This document shows positions 25,013 to 37,148 of a stretch of 64,000 bases of DNA, piece by piece (position 1 is the stretch's first letter; each line of letters begins with the position of its first letter). The stretch is from Torpedo marmorata (lineage: Eukaryota). The stretch spans positions 35,340,001 to 35,404,000 of the forward strand of contig OZ360232.1 in assembly GCA_977017645.1 (NCBI GenBank), in the 5' to 3' direction. Position numbers and translations under genes: made by a program. The notes below the pieces were generated by a model, which saw nothing but the letters and a program-made list of their open reading frames with translations, ran no database searches and was not told the DNA's origin.

Positions 25013-25690
25013 ACTGATTCTGGGAGGGAGTGAAAGGTGTGATGGGAAGGGCGTATGTGAGAGGGGGAGAGAGAGTGTGAAAGGGAGGGGAGAGTGTGGG
25101 AGGCAGTGTGAGAGGTAGGGAGGGAGCACGTCTAAGAGGGGGTGGGAGTGTAAGGGAAGGAGTGTAAAAGGGAGGGTGTGGGAGGAAGAGGGCGGGAGAG
25201 TAAGCGGGAGGGAAGAGCGTGAGTGAGCGGGAGGAGGGTAGTGTGAGGGAGGGGCAGTACTCCCTCATCATGCCCATCTACACTCAACCCACTTGCCTGC
25301 ATTGGGAACATATTCTCCATTGTGATCCGTCTTGCAGCCACTGGCAGAGGCGTATCTCACATCGTTCTCCTGTTCCTCTCCCTCTGCCTCCAAGTTTCCC
25401 AATCATTCCCAATCCAAGCTCAAGTGAAGTTTATTGTCATCTGATTGTACAAATACAACCCGATGAAATTGTTATCACTCACTGAGAGGAAAGGGAGCAA
25501 TTCAATTAATATTGTATCCTTAGCACCCCAATATTTATCGTGGCCCAAGCAGGAAGATGCACCTGCGAAGAGGAAGGTCTCACAAGCATGGCCTGGAGTA
25601 GCATTCTCTGTGCCAAAGGCCTGAAAGTCATCAGGAAGTCTAACAGTGAGGGGAAGCGAAAACAAAAGCAGGGAGGTGATACATTAATTA

Positions 25691-25866
25691 GACCACATTG
25701 GGGATACGGTGGACAGCATTGGTGCCCTTGTTTAAAGCAGGGTTAATGAGACCACATTGGGGATACGGTGGACAGCATTGGTGCCCTTGTTTAAAGCAGG
25801 GTTAATGAGACCACATTGGGGATACGGTGGACAGCATTGGTGCCCTTGTTTAAAGCAGGGTTAATG
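25691..25866. repeat. Perfect 3x 59-bp tandem duplication inside an old CR1 remnant
   Basis: GACCACATTGGGGATACGGTGGACAGCATTGGTGCCCTTGTTTAAAGCAGGGTTAATG starts at 25691, 25750 and 25809. Confidence 0.95.
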
Positions 25867-26419
25867 CTTTGGAGGCTGTTCGGAGACTGATGCCTGGAGC
25901 ATCAGTTGGACAGGCTGGGCTTGTATTTGCTGGTAATCAGAAAAGTGAGAGAGGATGTGGGGAAGATGTCCAAGATCGTGAGGGGGTCTTGATGAGGTCA
26001 AGGCGGAGGGGATGTTTCTTGAAGGCAAATCTGGAAAGAGGGTGAGAGTGATCGCAACTTAAGACAGAGATGAGGTGAATTTCTTTTTCTCCCAGCTATC
26101 CCAGGAGATCCTCACTGCTCCCACTCTTTACATTCTATCCATCTACCTACCTACCTGCCTACCTGTCTGTCCATCTATCTGTCCATCTATCCATCATCTA
26201 CTGTATCTATCTGTCTACCTTTCTATCCATCCATCCATCCATCTATTTTATTTAGAACATAGAATGGTACAACACGGGAACAGACCATTCAGCCACGTGT
26301 CTGCACCATACGTGATGCCCAGGTTGAACTGAACCCCTGCTGCCTGCACATGATCCAAATCCCTCCATCCTTTTCATAATTATGTGTCTATATAGAAGCC
26401 TCTTAAACACCTCCATTTA

Positions 26420-26672
26420 AAAAAAAATTTTAATTTTAATTTTAGACCTACAAGCACGGTAACAGGCCCTTTCAGCCCATGAGCCCGTGCTGCCCAATTA
26501 CACCCAATTGACCTCATACGCTTTGAAGGGAGGGAGGAAACCAGAGCACCCAGAGGAAACCCACGCAGGCACGGGGAGAACGTACAAACTCCTTACAGAC
26601 AGCGCCGGATTTGAACCTGAGTCACTGGCGCTATAATAGCGTTGTGCTAACCGCTACGCTAACTGTGCCGCC
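26420..26672 (-). mobile_element. tRNA-derived V-SINE (HE1-like)
   Basis: Same consensus as 2950-3190. Confidence 0.85.
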
Positions 26673-28344
26673 CTTACCATGCTCCCCAGGCACCCACCAC
26701 TCTGTCTGTAAAAACTTTCCCCCCCCCCACATCCCCTTTAAACTTCCTCCACCCTCCCCACCTTACATAGAACACTACAGCACAGTACAGGCCCTTTGGC
26801 CCACAATGTTGTGCCGACCTCTATATACCTACCAAAAATAAAATACTAAACCCTCCCTACCTCGTAACCCTCTATTTTTCTTCCATCCATGTGCCTAAGT
26901 GTCCCTTAAATGCCCCGATGATTACAGCCTCCACCTGGCAAGGCATTCCAGGCACCCACAACTCTCTGTGTAAAATAATTACCCCTGATGCCTCCCCTAA
27001 ACGTCCCTCCCTTCACTTTGTACAGATGTCCTCTGGCGTTAACCTTAAATGTGTGTCCTCTGGTATGTGAGATTTGTACCCTGACTATCTCTCATACATT
27101 TTATAAACCTTTATCAGGTCTCCCCTTGGTCTCCAACGCTGCAGAGAAAACAACCCAAGTTTGTCCAACCTCTCCCCATAACTCACACCCTCTAATCCAG
27201 ACATCCTGGTAAACCTCCTCTGTCCCCTTTCCAAAGCCTCCACGTCGTCCCTGTAATGGGGCAACCAGAATTGCACACAGTATTCCAAGTGCAGCCTGAC
27301 CATAGTTTTATATCACTGCAACGTGACCTCCTTACTTTGAATTGTCACGTGTACCGAACTACAGTGAAAAGCTTCTTTTTGCGTGCTATCCAGGTATTGC
27401 AAGTCACCAGACCAGCACCATGGTTGCATTATAAGAAATGAACATTGAACTAACATTTCAAGTCATTTTGTGAATAAAACAACAAAATTCCTAGAAATGG
27501 ACTACTGTCCGATGAAGTCACGTCATAGGCCCTTCGGCCCAACTTGACTATGCTGACCAAAATGTCCCACCCACACTAGTCCCACCTGCCTGCGTTTGGC
27601 CCATGCCCCTCTAAACCCATCCTATCCATGTATGTATTGTTTTTTCTTAAACATTGCACCAGTACCTGCTCAACCACCTCCGCCGGCAGCCCCTTCCACA
27701 CACCCACCACCCTCTGTGTAAAAAAAAGTTACCCCATTAGATTCCTGTTAAATCCCTCCCCCCTCACCTTAAACTTATGTACTCTGGATACCGATTCCCC
27801 TACTCTGGCCAAAAGACTCTCTGCGTTCACCTAATTTATTCCTCTCATGATTTTGTACACATCTATGAGATCACACCCTGCGCCACTCCTCTGCCTCCAC
27901 CTTTCCTTTATCCAAATGATGCGGAGTAGGTTTACATCGGGCAGCACAGCATCGCGGGCCGAAGGGCCTGTACTGTGCTGTGCTGTTCTATCCTTCTCCT
28001 CTCCTGGGTCCACCAATCACCACCTGGCCCCTGTCTCACCCCTTCCCCCTCTCCTCTCCACACCGGCTACCTCCCCCCACCCTCAGTCAGTTCTGCCGCA
28101 AGGTCTCAACCCGAAGCATGCACAGTTCCTCTCCCTCCTCCGCATGGATTGGTTGGGGATATATTCCTGCGTGGTCACTGGGTCAGAATCCCAGAACCCC
28201 CTTCGAAAACTCTGTGGGAGTCCTTTCCCCAGAAGGACTGGAATGGCTTGACACCTTCTCAGGGAAACCAGCGATGGGCAATAATCATAAATCAAAATTT
28301 ATTGTTGTTTTGCGGCAGCATCACAGTGCAAACATTTATAAAAA

Positions 28345-30733
28345 CGCTGCAATGCCGAACTCTTCTTCCGTCGCCTCCGCCTCCGGGCTCACTTCCATGA
28401 TCGTGACTCTCCACCCCCCACCCAAGACCCTTTCACCCGCTTCAAGCCTTCTTCCTCTTCCTGGACACCTCGTCCTGGCCAGCTGCCCGCTCTGGATCTT
28501 TTTATTTCCAAATGACGCCGAGAAATCCACCGTCTCAACTTTACCACCCTCCTCTCGGATTCCAACCACACCTCCTCAGAACGCTGTGCCCTCCACTCTC
28601 TCCGCAACAATCCCAACCTCACCGTCAAACCCGCAGACAAGGGCGGTGCGGTTGTGGTCTGGCGCACTGACCTCTACCTTGCCGAGGCCAGTTGACAGCT
28701 CTCAGACACCTCCTCCTATCGACCCCTCCCATAGGACCCCACCACTGCACATCAAGCCAGTGTCTCCAACACCATCTCCGACCTCATCACCTTCGGTCAC
28801 CTCCCCTCCACGGCCACCAACCTCATTCTCCCCCACCCCCGCACTGCCCGTTTCTACCTTCTACCCAAGATACACAAACCCAACCATCCGGGCAGACCCA
28901 TTGTTTCTGCCTGCTCCTGCCCCACCGAACTAGTTTCATCTTACCTTGACTCCATCTTTTCTCCCCTGGTCCAATCCCTCCCCACCTACATCCGCGACAC
29001 CTCACATGCCCTCCATCTCCTCAATGACTTCAGATTCCCTGAACCGGACCGCAACATCTTCACCATGGATGTCCAATCCCTTTTTTCCCCCACACAGAAG
29101 GTCTGAAAGCACTTCGCTTCTTCCTGGACCAAAGACCCGACCAGTCACCCTCTACCATCACCCTCCTCCACCTGGCAGAACTTGTCCTCACTCTCAATAA
29201 CTTCTCCTTTAACTCATCCCACTTCCTCCAAATCAAAGGAGTAGCCATGGGTACCTGCATGGGTCCCAGCTACGCCTGCCTGTTTGTGGGCTTTGTGGAG
29301 CAATCCATGCTGCAAGCCTACACAGGCAAGACCCCTCATTTCTTCCTCCATTATATCGCCGAGTACATTGGTGCTGCCTCATGCACCAACGATGAGCTTG
29401 TCAACTTTATCCACTTCGCATCCAACTTCCACCCCGATCTCAAATTCACCTGGTCCATCTCCAATAACACATTCCCCTTCCTGGATCTCTCTGTCTCCAT
29501 CTCAGGAGACAAGCTTTCCACCGACATTTACTACAAACCCTCCAACTCCCACAACTATCTGGACTACACTTCCTCACACCCTGTCCCCTGCAAGGATTCC
29601 ATCCCCTTCTCTCAATTTCTCCGTCTCCACCGCATCTGTTCCCAAGATGAGGTGTTCCAGGCCAGATCTTCTGAAATGTCTGCCTTCTTCCACAAACGTG
29701 GCTTCCCCTCCACCACCATCAACTCAGCCCTCACCCACATCTCCTCCATTTCCCGCTCATCTGCCCTGGCCCCCGCTGCCCCCAGACGCAACAAACATAG
29801 AATCCCCCTCATCCTCACCTACCACCCCACCAGCCTCCGCATCCAACACATTATCCGCAGGAATTTCCGGCACTTACTACAGGATCCCACCACCAGACAA
29901 CATTTTTCCTTCTCCTCCCCTCTCGGCCTTCCGCAGGGACCGCTCCCTCCGCGATTCCCTCGTGCACTCATCCCTCCCCACCCATTGCACCCCCGGCACC
30001 TGCCCCTGTGCCCGCAGGAGGTGCAACACCTGCGCCCACACCTACCCCCTCACTACGATCCCCCAAGCAGGTCTTTCAAATGAAACTACACTTCACTTGT
30101 ACATCCAGAGAACTTATTTACTGCATCCAGTGCTCCCTTTCTGGCTTTCTATACATTGGAGAGACCGGTCGTAGATTGGGAGACTGCTTTGCTGAGCACC
30201 TCCTCTCCGTCCGCAACAACAGCGACCTCCCAGTAGCCAACCATTTCAATTCCGAGTCACACTCCCACACTCACATGTCTGTCCATGGCCTTATGTACTA
30301 TCCCACCCAGACTACCCGCAAATTGGAAGAACAACATCTAATTTTTCGTCTGGGCACTCTCCAGCCAGATGGCATTAACATTGACTTTTCTGCTTTCCAC
30401 TAAACCTGCTTGTTGTTCCCTTCCCCTCTCCCCTCACCTGTCCTTCCTGTTTTTTTCCACCAACCCAGCCATCCCTCCTCCCCCTCTTTGCTGCTGTCCC
30501 CTCTCTCCTTTCTCCACCTATCATCTCCTGCCTTTGCCATCCCCCTCCCCCCTCACTCTTTTGTTCGGACGCCTGCCGGCATTTTCTCATGCTTTGATGA
30601 AGGGCTCAAGCCCGAAACGTCGGTTATGTATTTCTACCTTTGCTACATAAAAGACACTGTTTGACCTGCTGAGTTTCTCCAGCATTTGTGTTTTTTACTT
30701 CAACCACGGTGTCTACAGATTTTCGTGATTTAC
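28345..30733 (+). mobile_element. Penelope-like retroelement (RT plus GIY-YIG endonuclease), 5'-truncated and frameshifted, with 3' terminal repeat
   Basis: Across frames: KPADKGGAVVVW, PRTARFYLLPKIHKP...GRPIVSACSCPTE, GVAMGTCMGPSYACLFVG, FPFLDL, DIYYKP, IPFSQFLRLHRICS, and the GIY-YIG IYCIQC...LYIGETGRRLGDCFAEH. The RT YxDD motif is mutated to YIAE. Confidence 0.9.
30591..30628 (+). ncRNA. Putative minimal type-I hammerhead ribozyme in the Penelope terminal repeat
   Basis: TTGATGA-A-GGGC(TCAA)GCCC-GAAA-CG-TC-GGTT: core boxes, stem II and a palindromic ACGT at helix III. Confidence 0.6.
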
Positions 30734-30761
30734 TTTGGGATAGAGGGGGTGGGGGGGGGGG

Positions 30762-31045
30762 CTAATTTAAACCAGAGAAGTTGATGTTAATGCCACCTGG
30801 TTGGAGGATGCCCAGACGGAAGATGAGGTGTTGTTCCTCCAATTTGCGGGTGGTCTCAGTCTGACAGTGCATGAGACCATGGACAGGCATGTCGGCAAGG
30901 GAATGGGATGTGGAATTGAAATGGGTGGCCTCTGGGAGATCCACTCTATTGCGGCGGACAGAGACAAGGTGTTCAACAAAGCGATCTCCCAGTCTGGATC
31001 CAGTCTCTCCGATGTAGTGGAGACCACAACGGGAGCACCAGAGGG
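30762..31045 (-). mobile_element. Penelope GIY-YIG fragment, inverted relative to the 28345 copy
   Basis: WCSRCGLHYIGETGSRLGDRFVEHL...RKLEEQHLIFRLGILQPGGIN. Confidence 0.8.
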
Positions 31046-31217
31046 AGTGGGGTGGGGGGAGTAAGTACAGGGGTAGGTCTGATCTCTGCTGACCACAACT
31101 CTTCTGTGCCAGTTCCCCAGAACATATCTGCAGACCCATCAGCCTCTGTCCAAAGCCAGGAATCCTGTTTCAGTATCAGTCCCCGTCACACGAACGGGTG
31201 CCTGCCTACATTTTGCT

Positions 31218-31258
31218 CATGCCTTGATGAAGGGCTCAAGCCCGAAACGTCGGTTATG
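31218..31258 (+). ncRNA. Putative minimal hammerhead ribozyme
   Basis: CATGCC-TTGATGA-AGGGCTCAAGCCC-GAAA-CGTC-GGTTATG. The flanks can pair as stem I; predicted cut after C31251. Confidence 0.62.
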
Positions 31259-31714
31259 TATCTTTATCTTTGCTGCATAAAGGACACTGTTTGACCTGCT
31301 CAGTTTCTCCAGCTTTGTGTTTTTACTAAGTACAACTAAGTTTTATTTCCACTGGTGATGCATGACCCTCTGTTAATTTATACATACAGCACAACAACAG
31401 GCCCTTCTGGCTCACAAACCCGTTCCGTCCACGTGACCAATTAACCCACTAACCCTGTACGTCTTTGGAACGTGGGAGGACACCGGAGCAGTCAGAGATG
31501 TTGGGGAACCTGCAGTGGGTGGTGTTCCCATGTGCCTGCTGCCCTTGTCTCTCTTGTTACTCGAAATCCAAGCCTGGAAAGTCCTGTCAGAGTAGCCTGG
31601 GTGGGTAACTGCGGTGCATTCTGTCGACTGGTTCCACCATGTGCCAGCGGTGGAGGGAGGGAGTGTTTAGCGTGGTGAGTGGGATACCACTGAAGCAATC
31701 TGACTTGTCACGGT

Positions 31715-32170
31715 TAAAACCATAGACCACTATAGCACAGAAACAGGCCCTTCAGCCCATCTAGTCTGAGCCGAACTATTATTCTGCCTAGTCCCATTGA
31801 CCATACTCCTCCCATCCATGTACCAGTCCAAATTTATCTTTAATGTCAAAATTGAGCCTGCATTCACCACTTCAGCTGGCAACTCATTCCACACCCCCAC
31901 CTCTCTCTGTGTGAAGAAGTTCCCCCAAATGTTCCCTTTAAACATTTCACCTTTCACCCTTAACCCATGTCCTCCAGTTCTTGTCTCACCCAACCTCCGT
32001 GGAAAAAGCCTGCTTGCATTTACTTTATCTATACCCCTCATAATTTTGTATACCTCTATCTTATCTCCTCTCATTCTCCGACGCTCCGGGGAATAAAGTC
32101 CTAACCTGTTGAACCTTTCCCTGTAACTCAGTTTCTCGAGTCCCGGCAACATCCTAGTAAATCTTCTCTT
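31715..32170 (-). mobile_element. CR1 3' fragment
   Basis: MLPGLEKLSYRERFNRLGLYSPERRRMRGD...FFTQR...WNELP. Confidence 0.8.
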
Positions 32171-32724
32171 GTTGATACTGAGCTTTGAGAGGCTTGGAGC
32201 TCACCTTATCCATGCAAGTTCATTGTGTCCCATCACGCTCCTGTCTTGCTCCTTGTTGATGATGGAGAAACTCTGCGCCCTGGTCCAGTTGTGTTGCTGG
32301 TCAATGGCCCTCACCGTGACAGGGTCCTCAGTGACAGGAATGCCTTCGTCCTTGATTTCTGCCTCCTTTGTGGCATGAATGTCACTTGACACACACCGGC
32401 CCACGGCTGAATGTGGAGCAAGCGGTGAGGAGCTGAGGGACTCAACGGGTCGGGCAGCATCCGTGGAGATAAATGGTTGGTCACCGCTTCAGAAAGGGTC
32501 CCGACCTGAAAATCTGTTTCATGGAACCATAGAAAGTCGGAGCAGGAGAAGGCCATTCAGCCCTTTGTGCCTACTGTACCATACAATACGATCATGGCTG
32601 ATCATGTGACCTCAGTCCCCTATCCCTGCTCTCTCTCCACACCCCTTGGTCCCTTTAGCCATAAGGGCCACATCCCTTTTAAATACATCTAACGAACCGG
32701 CCTCAACAACCTTCTGTGGCAATT

Positions 32725-33425
32725 TTTTTAAAAAATATTAAATTTAGACATACAGCACGGTAAAAGGCCATTTCGGCCCACGAGTCCGTGCCGCTCAATT
32801 TACACCCAATTGACCTACAACCCCCGTACGTTTTGAAGGGTGGGAGGAAACCAGAGCGCCCGGAGGAAACCCATACAGACACGGGGAGAACGTACAAACT
32901 CATTACAGATAGCACGGGATTTGAACCCCGGTCCCGATCTCTGGCGCGGTAAAGGCGTTGCGCTAACCACTATGCTAACCGTGCCGCCCCAAAAACAAAG
33001 AGTTCCACAAGTTCACAACTGTCTGAGTGAAGTGGTTAGCGCAATGCTGTTGCAGCGCCAGCGACCGGGATTCGAATCTGTCTGTAAGGAGTTTGTACGT
33101 TCTCCCCGTGTCTGCGTGGGTTTCCACCAGGTGCTCCGGTTTCCTCCCACCCTTCAAAACGTACCGAGATTGGACACGTAGAAACATAGAAAACCTACAG
33201 CATAATACAGGCCATTCGGCCCACAAAGTTGTGCCGAACATGTCCCTACCTTAGAAATTACTAGGCTTACCCATAAGCCCTCTATTTTTCTAAGCTCCAT
33301 GCACCTATCCAAAAGTCTCTTAAAAGACCCTATCGGTTGTAGGTTAATTGGGAGTAATTGGGCGGCACGGGCTCGTGGGCTGAAAGGGCCTGTTACCGTG
33401 CTGTATTTCTAAATTTAAATTTAAA
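32725..33425. mobile_element. Two divergently oriented V-SINEs: 32725-32990 (-) and 33030-33425 (+), the latter interrupted by a CR1 tail at ~33180-33335
   Basis: V-SINE cores on opposite strands. Confidence 0.8.
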
Positions 33426-35819
33426 ATTTCTCCTCATCTCAGTCCGAAATGGCTTCCCCCTTATCGTTAGACTGTGACCCCTTGTTCTGGACTTCCCCAA
33501 CATCGAGAACATTCTTCCTGCATCTGACCTGTCTGGTCCCATCAGAATTTTATGTCTCAATGAGATCCCCTGTCGTTCTAAATCCCAGGGGGTATAACCC
33601 TGGTTTATCCAGTCTTTCTCCATCCGTCAGTCCTGCCCTCCCAGGGATCAGTCTAGTGACCTCTCCAAGGTCTCTTCATGGAGTCCCTTAGCTCAAGATT
33701 CCAGCGTCTACAGTCCTTGTGTTTCTTGTGCCTGATCGGTGCACCCCCTCAATAGAAAGGATGCCCTTCCTCAGATCAGGAGAACAAAACTGTACATAAC
33801 ACTCAAGGTGTGGCCTCACCAAGGCCCTATACACCTGCAGTCAGACCTCCCTGCTTCAATATTCAAAACCTTTCACAATAAAGGCTTTCTTCATCGCCTG
33901 CTGGACCAGCAGTCCGACCTTCACTGACTGATGCACCGTGACCCCCAGGTCTCACCATGGAGTCCCCTTCGCCTCAGGATCCAGGCACCTGCACACCTTG
34001 TGCTTCTCGTGCCTGATCGGCATACTGATCCTGCGGCGTCGCCGTCCAGAGCTGCTCGGTTTGCTGCAGAGTTGCAAACGGAGTGACACCTTGTGCGCCT
34101 GCCAGCGAACGTCCCCACCTCCGGCCCGGCAAAGGAGGGAAGGTCACTGGTGGATCATCTGAAGATGGTTGAGGCCTGAGGATCTGCATTGATGTCCTGA
34201 GATAATTGATCTCCGACCACCACAACCATCTTCCTTTGACCCAAGTTCAAATCCCCTTGACTTCACTTGACGCCACTCTCAATGAAGTGCCACCTTGATA
34301 TTGGGGTCCGTCACTCTCAGCTCCTTAATATCCATGTTAACCACACACCTCAATTCAATAACCCTGTAAAATCTCAAAACCGTATCTCCAAGTCCTGAGT
34401 AAAAATTTTTAATATAAATATTGAAACACTTTCTACCCTTTGCCAATCTGAATAACTACCTTTGACCTTTGCTTACTCCAAATAATGCAAGGTAAACACA
34501 ATTTATTTCCTTATTACTGCATAACCAACTCCTACGGTACAATTGGCTGACCTTTGAAAGCTTCAGTGGTGATAGGTGTCTTGAGATATCCTGGGACAGT
34601 AGAAAGGGAATTGAGAAATGAAACCCCCCCTTTCCCTGCTACCTCTTTGTAACAGAGGAAGTAATATGACCCCCCCCCCAGGAATTATCCATTTGTATAT
34701 CGCTAACTTTACAGTTGCCAAACATTTTTTTTTCCCTGAAATGTTTCAGCGAGCGATGACTCAGACAATACAGCTCAAAAAAGTAGAGTCACACAGACCC
34801 TCCGAGTGTGGTCTCACCAACACCTTGTGCAGTTGTAACATCACGTCCCAGCTCCAGTACTCAGTGCCCTGACCAATGAAGGCACACGTGCCAAACACCT
34901 TCATCACCACCCTGTCCATCTGAGTTCCGGGAGTGGATCTAGGTAGAGAGGGTCCGAGGAGTAACAGGTTACGTGGAATTGGAGAATGCAATGTTCATCG
35001 AGAGGTGACAGTGAAGCCAATATAGAGTCATAGAACGTGGAAACAGGCCCTTCGGCCCAACGTGCCCACGCCGACCAAAATGTCCCACCCCACGTTAGTT
35101 CCACCTGCCTTTTGGCCCCTATCCCTCTAAACCCGTCCTATCCGTGTATCCATCCAATTTTTTCTTAACATTGCAATAGTACCTGCCTCAACCACCTCCT
35201 CCGGCAGCCCGTTCCACACACCCACCACCCTCTGTGTAAAAAACATTGCCCCTCAGGTTCCTGTTAAATCTCTCCCCCCTCACCTTAAACCCATGTCCTC
35301 TTGTTACCGATTCCCCTACTCTGGGCAAAAGACCCTCTGCGTTCACCCGATCTATTCCTCCATGAGACCACCCCTCATCCTCCTGCGCTCCAAGGAATAA
35401 AGCCCCAGCCTCCTCAACCTCTCCCTGTCGCTCAGGCCCCCGAATCCTGGCAACATCCTCGTAAATCTTCTCTGCACCCGCTCCAGCTCAACGACATCTT
35501 TCCTGCAGCACGGTGACCAAAACAGAACAAAATCCTCCAAATTAAAAAATTCCCTAACATCTTTATAACAGAGCAGTGAATCAATGGAATTTTCTGAGAA
35601 TCTTTGTTAATCTGCGGAATTTTCCACCGTTTTTTTCTTTAGAACCTTGGTTTGTTATTTCCTTCTTTGTTGGTTGGGATAGTGTCTGTGACATTATAGA
35701 GACAGGGGGATTTCTGGGGTTGTGAAAGAGAAACTGTTTGCTCTGAATGTGAATGAAGGCCAGAACAAGGGAATTAGAAATTAACGCTAGGGTGGTGTTA
35801 AAAACAAATTAAAAAAACT

Positions 35820-36030
35820 ACTGCAGATAATAGAAATCTGGAATTAAAACAAAATACTGAAAACACTCAGCAGGTTAGTCAGCATCTGTGGAGGGAGAGA
35901 AATGGAGTTAATATTACGTTGAATATCCTCTGTCAGAACAGGTCAGCAGTTGTGATGAAAGGTCCCAGACCTGAAACGTCGACAGTCTCTCGTTCCATAG
36001 ACCCTGCCTGACCTGCTGAGTGCTTCCATA
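35820..36030. mobile_element. Older Penelope-derived inverted cassette with a hammerhead-like motif at 35951-35983
   Basis: CACTCAGCAGG...GCATCTGTGG is inverted with CCTGACCTGCTGAGTG; core GTGATGA-AAGGTC(CCA)GACCT-GAAACGTC. Confidence 0.6.
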
Positions 36031-36212
36031 TTCTGATGTTACAAAAGCTTCTGCACATGAAGATCAAAGTTCAAGGTTCCTTTTATTGTCACATAAGAAT
36101 ACATTAAAAAAGTATCATACATGATATTGTCTGCCCGTTTATTTCTTCTACCAAAGTGCATGACCGTACACTTTGTATTTCATTTGCCACTTCTCCGCCC
36201 ATTCTCCTAATC

Positions 36213-36328
36213 CAGTGCTTCTCAACCTTTTTCTTTCCACTCACATACCACCTGAAGAAATCCCTTACTCACCACAGAGCACCTATGGCATCCTATGTGA
36301 GTGGAAAGAAAAATGTTGAGAACCACTG
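36213..36328. mobile_element. hAT MITE (same family as 3403)
   Basis: CAGTGCTTCTCAAC...GTTGAGAACCACTG. Confidence 0.75.
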
Positions 36329-36542
36329 ATCAAAATCACTGATATACAACATAAAAATTAAAAGTTAAACCAGGCCCGGTCTCACGCAGTAAATAGAAGG
36401 TCCCTTGAGAGTGTTGTAGACCTCAGGGTACAGGTACCTAGTTGCCTGAGTGTTAGTGACCCAGGTGCTCAGGGTGGTGGTGAAGGTGTTTGACATGCTT
36501 GCCTTCATCGATCAGGGCACTGAGTACAGAAGCTGGGACGTA

Positions 36543-37148
36543 AAAAGTAAAACACAAGAGTCTGCAGACACCGTGATTGAAGTAAAAACACAATGCTGGA
36601 GAAACTCAGCAGGTCAAACAGCGCACTTTATGAGCCCATATATGAAAGCTGTTGGTTTAAGGATTTGAACATCTCTGGATATCGGATCTACTGGCACGCT
36701 TGACCTCCATAATAGAATTAGTTTATAGATGGCATTCCCCTTACTTTATCTTTTTCTTTCTTTCTTTTTTCTTTTTTACTTTTTATTATATTTTTATTAG
36801 ATTAGTGGGGGTGGGGGGGGTTGGGGAGGGGAGGGAGGGAGGGGGGGTGAAAATGTATCACAAATAATTTGATAATTTTATATTCTATTTTATGTATTTT
36901 GTGATTAAAAATTTTTAATAAAATATTTTTTTTTAAAAACAAAAAAAAACAAACAGCGCACTTTATATAGCAAAGATAAAGATACATAACCAACGTTTTG
37001 GGCTTGAGCACTTCATCAAGGTACATCAAGGTATTTTTCCATACCTTGATGAAGGGCTCAAGCCCAAAACGTTGGTTATGTATCTTTATCTTTGCTATAT
37101 AAAGTGCGCTGTTTGACCTGCTGAGTTTCTCCAGCATTGTGTTTTTAC
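36543..37148. mobile_element. Penelope-derived palindromic cassette, interrupted by an L1 3' fragment
   Basis: Near-perfect inverted arms around the junction CATCAAGGTACATCAAGG (37014-37031). Confidence 0.8.
36632..36949 (+). mobile_element. L1 3'-end fragment with poly(A)
   Basis: Resembles the 3' UTR of the 5405 L1. 17-bp TSD CAAACAGCGCACTTTAT at 36615-36631 and 36950-36966. Confidence 0.85.

Noticed and set aside
25691-25866. CRISPR-like direct repeats
   Set aside because: The units are contiguous with no spacers and derive from CR1 sequence.
27980-30174. Ser/Pro/Thr-rich ORFs (317 and 296 aa) as mucin-like genes
   Set aside because: They are alternative frames of the C-rich Penelope coding strand.
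32170-32400. Possible minus-strand exon (GIPVTED...IDQQHNWT)
   Set aside because: Resembles a decayed LINE RT segment (GVTIDQKLNWT type); no splice support.
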